From the sequence record DRR378314_799: a stretch of 20,000 nt of DNA; one strand, given 5' to 3'. Positions within the stretch are counted from its first letter, which is position 1. Each line of letters begins with the position of its first letter. Shown piece by piece: positions 15,473 to 20,000 of the stretch. The notes under the pieces were generated by a model. It saw only the letters and a list, made by a program, of their open reading frames with translations. It was not told the DNA's origin and searched no databases. A program made the translations under genes and the position numbers.

Positions 15473-15540
15473 GTTGTACTGGCAGAAGGCGACCAGGAAG
15501 AATAAGATGGTCGCAAAATAGCGTTGTAAAAGTTGATGGT

Positions 15541-16404
15541 ATGCCAATAACAAAAATGTCCGCCTTACGTTGCCCGATAGAGCACTCACCTTTGCAGTTG
15601 GTGGATGGCAGCTGGCGCTGTGAAAATGGTCACAGCTATGATGTGGCTAAACAGGGCTACGTAAATTTGTTGCCGGTGCAGAATAAGCGCTCGAAAGACC
15701 CGGGCGACAGCAAAGCCATGGTGCAGGCACGGCGGGAGTTTCTGGAACAGGGTTATTATGAACCACTGGCGCAGGTTCTGGCTGATACTGTGTTAGCACA
15801 GGGCGAGCAGGCCGTGCTCGATGCCGGTTGCGGCGAAGGCTACTACCTACGTTACCTGGTTGAGCAGGCGGAACAAAACGGTACTGATTTATGCATGGCC
15901 GCTCTGGATATTTCAAAATGGGCAGTGCAGGCTGCGGCAAAACGCGATAAACGCCTGAGCTGGATGGTCGCTTCCAATAACTCTATTCCACTGGACGATA
16001 ACAGTGTCGATACCATTTTGTGCGTGTTTGGCTTCCCTGTCGAAGCTGAATTTAAGCGAGTTCTAAAGCCCGGCGGGCGGCTAATTATGGTAGACCCGGC
16101 TGGTGATCACCTAAAAGAGCTAAAAGCCATTATTTATTCTGAGATAAAAAGTAAAAATGAGACCTTACCGATAACCGCCTCCGAATTTGAACTGATTTCC
16201 GAACAACGAGAGACTTTTCCGGTATCACTGACATCGAATGAAGCCATAAAAGATTTACTGACTATGACTCCGCACCTATACCGAAGTAACGCTGAAGGGC
16301 GTGAAGAAGCGAAGAGGCTCGAAGCTCTTGATTTGACGGCGGATATTTGGATACGTGTTTTTAGCTACTCAAGCGAGTATTCGATAACTATAAAGGGTAA
16401 ATGA
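15541..16404 (+). CDS. rlmA: RlmA-like SAM-dependent rRNA (m1G745) methyltransferase
   Basis: CP.....L......C.NGHSYDVAKQGYVNLLPVQ.KRSKDPGDSKAMVQARREFL..GYY, LDAGCGEGYY, DISK, LLTMTP. Start at ATG 15541 or 15556; the track start at 15460 lies inside the terminator. Confidence 0.82.
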   Translation: MPITKMSALRCPIEHSPLQLVDGSWRCENGHSYDVAKQGYVNLLPVQNKRSKDPGDSKAMVQARREFLEQGYYEPLAQVLADTVLAQGEQAVLDAGCGEGYYLRYLVEQAEQNGTDLCMAALDISKWAVQAAAKRDKRLSWMVASNNSIPLDDNSVDTILCVFGFPVEAEFKRVLKPGGRLIMVDPAGDHLKELKAIIYSEIKSKNETLPITASEFELISEQRETFPVSLTSNEAIKDLLTMTPHLYRSNAEGREEAKRLEALDLTADIWIRVFSYSSEYSITIKGK

Positions 16405-16490
16405 CTACGTACGTTTAAGTGATTTGATAAGGCATAATCATTTAGTTCCTCCTAAGCTTTGTTTCTTTGAAAAGTACGGAAACTAAAAGC

Positions 16491-16727
16491 ATGCCAACAA
16501 TACTAAGGATTGGTGCTTATCGTTTTTTCTTTTATAGTAATGAAAGCGGTGAGCCTCCGCACATTCATGTGCAGCGAGATAATAAACTGGCAAAGTTTTG
16601 GCTGAAGCCTGTTTTAATGAGCAGTTCGGTAGGCTTCTCATCGTTTGAGCTGAGGCGCATAAACAGAATTGTAGTTCAACACAGAGAAGAGCTTCTGGAG
16701 GCTTGGGATGAATACTTTAGAAATTGA
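16491..16727 (+). CDS. DUF4160 protein (HicA-like putative toxin)
   Basis: MPTILRIGAYRFFFYSNE..EPPHIHV....AKFWL.PV.....GF...EL..I...V......LLEAW.EYF. Confidence 0.88.
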   Translation: MPTILRIGAYRFFFYSNESGEPPHIHVQRDNKLAKFWLKPVLMSSSVGFSSFELRRINRIVVQHREELLEAWDEYFRN

Positions 16728-16947
16728 TCGCCATCCTGTTGCAGTGAATGTATCTGTTACCGAGGCAACGCTTGAAGTCGAGTTGGCTGATGGGCGTAAA
16801 ATTTCTGTACCTATAGTCTGGTTTCCCCGTTTGGAAGCCGCCTCAGAAGAAGAGCGTAGCGATTGGCAACTATTGGGAAATGGTCAGGGCATCCATTGGC
16901 CGCAACTGGATGAAGATATTAGTGTGCGAGGGCTTTTAAGCGCCTAA
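16708..16947 (+). CDS. DUF2442 protein (putative antitoxin, no fused HTH)
   Basis: L.VELADGR.ISVP..WFPRL..AS.EER..WQL.G.G.GIHWP.LDEDISV.GLL; overlaps DUF4160 by 20 nt. Confidence 0.9.
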   Translation: MNTLEIDRHPVAVNVSVTEATLEVELADGRKISVPIVWFPRLEAASEEERSDWQLLGNGQGIHWPQLDEDISVRGLLSA

Positions 16948-16950
16948 AAC

Positions 16951-18084
16951 ATGCGAGCAGTTATCCATTCGACAATAATCACAATATCTAAGGCTGAATG
17001 GAACTCTTTATTTGGGAGTGATTACCCTTTTACTTGTTACGATTTTCTGCTGGCACTTGAACAGGGTGGCAGTCTTGGGCTGCAGCGCGGCTGGTTGCCG
17101 CAATATGCTGTTGTTTATGATGATAATGACACCATGGTTGCGGCTATGCCGTGGTTTAAGAAAACGCATTCCTATGGTGAGTATCTGTTCGACTGGGCCT
17201 TCGCCGAAGCCTTTGAGCGCTATGGTTTTCAATATTACCCCAAGCTGATTAACGCCATACCTTTTACCCCATGTCAGGGACCGCGTTTGGCTATTAGCGA
17301 GGGTGTTAACCGCGGCGAAATGTTGTCCATTATTGAGTCGGAGTTGTTAAAGCAACATGACGTCAGTAACTTGCAGAGTTTGTACGTTGAACCTGACTTA
17401 AGCCGTGCTTTAGCCGACGAAGGCTGGTGGCAGCGTTTTGATATTCAGTTTCTCTGGCAAAACCGCAACTACGGCAGTTTTGATGACTTTTTAGAGGCTC
17501 TGGTGTCGCGTAAGCGTAAGACGATTCGTAAAGAGCGGCAGAAAATATCAGAACAAAATGTGCAGATGCGAACCTTGCAAGGTAATGAGCTGACTACGGA
17601 GTTTTGGCAGCAATTTACTTTGTTCTACCAGCGTACTTATTTAAAACGTTCTGGGCATGGCGGCTATTTAACCCCTGCTACCTTTAAGCTCTGGGCTGAG
17701 TATTTATCCGATTATATTGTTGTTTTTGCTGCCTACAGAGACGGCAACATGCTGGCTGCTTCTTTGTGTTTTAAAGGAGAAGACACACTGTACGGACGCT
17801 ACTGGGGTTGCCGGGAAGAGCTTGAATTTCTGCACTTTGAAGCCTGTTATTATCAGGGAATTGAGTTTTGCATAAACCACGGGCTACAGTATTTTGACGC
17901 GGGCGCTCAGGGTGAGCACAAATTGCATCGTGGTTTTGAGCCTGTTCTGCGCGAAGGCTTTTACCGTTTTATGGAGGCGCCTCTTAGCGACGCCATTGAG
18001 CAGTATTGTCAGGATGAACGCAGTGCGTTACGCGAACACCTGAAAACACTGCAAACCTATTTGCCTTATAAAATCAGCGATTAA
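16951..18084 (+). CDS. DUF482 / FemAB-like GNAT-family protein
   Basis: YPF....FL.ALE, K.HSYGEY.FDWAFA, YYPKL..AIPFTP..GPRL, SRKRKTIRKER, LYGRYWG, LHFEACYYQGIEFCI, AGAQGEHKL.RGFEP. Confidence 0.92.
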   Translation: MRAVIHSTIITISKAEWNSLFGSDYPFTCYDFLLALEQGGSLGLQRGWLPQYAVVYDDNDTMVAAMPWFKKTHSYGEYLFDWAFAEAFERYGFQYYPKLINAIPFTPCQGPRLAISEGVNRGEMLSIIESELLKQHDVSNLQSLYVEPDLSRALADEGWWQRFDIQFLWQNRNYGSFDDFLEALVSRKRKTIRKERQKISEQNVQMRTLQGNELTTEFWQQFTLFYQRTYLKRSGHGGYLTPATFKLWAEYLSDYIVVFAAYRDGNMLAASLCFKGEDTLYGRYWGCREELEFLHFEACYYQGIEFCINHGLQYFDAGAQGEHKLHRGFEPVLREGFYRFMEAPLSDAIEQYCQDERSALREHLKTLQTYLPYKISD

Positions 18085-19856
18085 TACAACGGCCATACCA
18101 GCAGTATCATAACCAGCGCAACCGCCGAAACCAGCAGGGACAACGGCAGACCAAGCCGCCAGTAGTCGCTAAAATTGTAACCCCCCGGGCCCATAACCAA
18201 TATATTCGACTGGTGGCCTATCGGGGTTAAGAAAGGCACAGCGGCACCAATAGCAACCGCCATTAAAAACGGATCCATACTGGCGCCGAAGCTGCTGGCC
18301 ATACTGATGCCAATAGGCGCCATCAATACGGCCGCGGCGGCGTTGTTAACTATGTTCGACAGCAGCATAGTGACTATTAGCAGTAAGCCCACGGCAACAA
18401 AATCGGGTGACCCCTGACTCACATAAAGCACCGCGTTGGCAATGGTGTCGGCAGCACCGCTGCGCTCCAGCGCAGAACCCAGTGGAATGGTTGCTCCCAG
18501 CAAGACAATAATAGGCCAGTCTATGGCGTCATAGAGTTCCCGAAGAGGCAGAATATTGGTAATAACCATAAGGCCGGCCGCAAGAGAGAACGCAACCGGC
18601 ACTGAGATAAAGCCGAGTGCTGCTGCCAGAATCGCTGCCGAGAATATCCCCAGTGGCTGAATCAGTTGTTTTGGTGAGCCCAGTCGCAAGCTACGTTGAG
18701 CTAGAGGGAAGCAGCCAAAGCGCTGAAATACGTCATTAAGCACTTCAGCGTCGCCCTGCAGTAATAAAACATCACCCGGCTTAAAGCGAATATTCGCCAG
18801 TTTTGTTCCCAGCTTCTGACCTTCCCGGGCTACGCCCAGTACATTAATACCGTAGCGGCTGCGTAATTTTATGTCGCCAGCCGAGCGACCGATAAGGCGT
18901 GAATCGTGCCCGACAATTCCTTCAATAACGGTAATGTCGTCGGACTTTAAAAAGCGCTCGTCAATTTCTTCCTCGGCATTAAGCTCAAGCCCTGTTCCGT
19001 CAATAACTTGCTGAATGGTCTCCGCGTTGGCTTCAACTATTAATACATCCTCAGGTTTTAGTCGCAAGTATCGAGCCGGTGCAGACCAGCGCTTTTCGCC
19101 ACGTTGTAGTGCAACAATTACAAAGTCCTCTTCGCTACGGTTTTCCAGCTCATAGAGAGTTTCACCAACAAAGTTAGAGCCTTCAGGTACATAGAGTTCG
19201 GTCAGGTAGCTACTGACATCGTAAAGTGACTGCGATTTGGATTTCCCAGCTTTTTCTGGCACCAACCAGTGACTTAGCAGCCACATAAAGAGTAAGCCCG
19301 CGATGGCGATGCTGAGACCAACCGGAGTAAATTCAAAAATACCGAAAGACTCACCCATAGCTTCGCGACGAATGTCGGCGATAATAATGTTCGGCGGCGT
19401 ACCCACCATGGTAATAGTACCCCCCAGTAAGGAGCCAAAGGCCATAGGCATTAGCACTTTGGAGGGGTTATTGCCACTGCTGCGGGCGAGTTGAAGGGCG
19501 ACTGGTATCATTATCGCCATGGTGCCTGTATTGCTGATAAAAGCTGAGCAGATCGTAGTGACTGAGGTCAGGGCTATCATCTGTAACCAGCGTTTATCGC
19601 CTATGTTTTTCATAGCCGATGCCAGTGCATCGACAACGCCGGAGCGCCAAAGTGCCTGGCTAATAATCAATACCGCCGCAACAGTAATGACAGCAGCGTT
19701 ACCAAAACCACTGAACACCTCGGCAGTTGGAACCAGACCAAGAATAGCCGCGGACAATAGCGCCATCATGGCAACCAAGTCGTAACGCCATTTATCTATG
19801 ACGAAAAGCACCAACATGGCGACTAAGATTATTCCAATAAGCCATTGATCCAGCAT
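18081..19856 (-). CDS. SLC13/CitMHS-family permease with two TrkA-C (RCK_C) domains
   Basis: FSGFGN.AVITVAA, SAFISN, GGTITMVGTPPNII, two RCK_C repeats (..LKPEDVLIV, ..FKPGDVLLL), SNIVNNAAAA, FLTPIGHQSN..VMGPGGY.FSDY.RLG. Confidence 0.93.
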   Translation of the reverse strand: MLDQWLIGIILVAMLVLFVIDKWRYDLVAMMALLSAAILGLVPTAEVFSGFGNAAVITVAAVLIISQALWRSGVVDALASAMKNIGDKRWLQMIALTSVTTICSAFISNTGTMAIMIPVALQLARSSGNNPSKVLMPMAFGSLLGGTITMVGTPPNIIIADIRREAMGESFGIFEFTPVGLSIAIAGLLFMWLLSHWLVPEKAGKSKSQSLYDVSSYLTELYVPEGSNFVGETLYELENRSEEDFVIVALQRGEKRWSAPARYLRLKPEDVLIVEANAETIQQVIDGTGLELNAEEEIDERFLKSDDITVIEGIVGHDSRLIGRSAGDIKLRSRYGINVLGVAREGQKLGTKLANIRFKPGDVLLLQGDAEVLNDVFQRFGCFPLAQRSLRLGSPKQLIQPLGIFSAAILAAALGFISVPVAFSLAAGLMVITNILPLRELYDAIDWPIIVLLGATIPLGSALERSGAADTIANAVLYVSQGSPDFVAVGLLLIVTMLLSNIVNNAAAAVLMAPIGISMASSFGASMDPFLMAVAIGAAVPFLTPIGHQSNILVMGPGGYNFSDYWRLGLPLSLLVSAVALVMILLVWPLY

Positions 19857-19956
19857 GTAACAGGTACCGTTTAGTGTTTAAAGGTTGAAGATTGCACAGT
19901 GTGGGGTTTGAAGCAATAGCGTCTATACTGATAAATCAGTTGGATATGCCATTGCG

Positions 19957-20000
19957 GTAGCCTGACATTCATGTCAGGTGAGATATCGTTCCTGACGTAA
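19957..20000 (+). repeat. GTAG-type REP palindrome plus the start of a probable second, inverted copy (truncated by the window edge)
   Basis: GTAG-CCTGACAT-TC-ATGTCAGG (19957-19978), a short spacer, then CCTGACGTAA at the window end. Confidence 0.7.

Noticed and set aside
15460-15540. N-terminal extension of RlmA given by the ORF track
   Set aside because: The start lies inside the upstream terminator stem, and family similarity begins near the CP motif after 15541.
19927-19940. Palindrome ACTGAT-AA-ATCAGT as an FNR or LexA site
   Set aside because: Spacing and half-sites fit neither TTGAT-N4-ATCAA nor CTGT-N8-ACAG. It could be another operator but cannot be assigned.
1-20000. CRISPR array, tRNA/rRNA genes, IS elements
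   Set aside because: No regularly spaced repeats, cloverleaf or rRNA-like segments, or transposase ORFs were seen; intergenic spaces are short and largely explained by other features.

Overview
Chromosomal region of a marine-type gammaproteobacterium (gene content suggests Idiomarina or a related Alteromonadales; inferred, not proven). The left ~6.2 kb is an accessory, defence-like cluster. It holds a partial sigma54-preceded hypothetical gene, an orphan antitoxin-like HTH protein behind a perfect 24-bp palindrome, higBA, an HD-domain dGTPase tightly coupled to a ZIP-family transporter, an exported hypothetical protein, a Phd/ParE pair resembling Pf4-phage PfiA/PfiT, and vapBC. Each TA promoter has its own visible candidate operator. 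Next come queH and a candidate Fur-controlled iron-piracy locus: fpvG-like and fpvH-like genes plus two paralogous FhuE/FpvA-type TonB receptors, with no siderophore synthesis genes. The right part carries an S46 dipeptidyl peptidase, an RlmA-like methyltransferase, a DUF4160/DUF2442 TA-like pair, a DUF482 GNAT protein, an SLC13/TrkA-C permease and a GTAG-type REP element at the edge. All family assignments come from motif recognition and recalled reference proteins; no database search was run.
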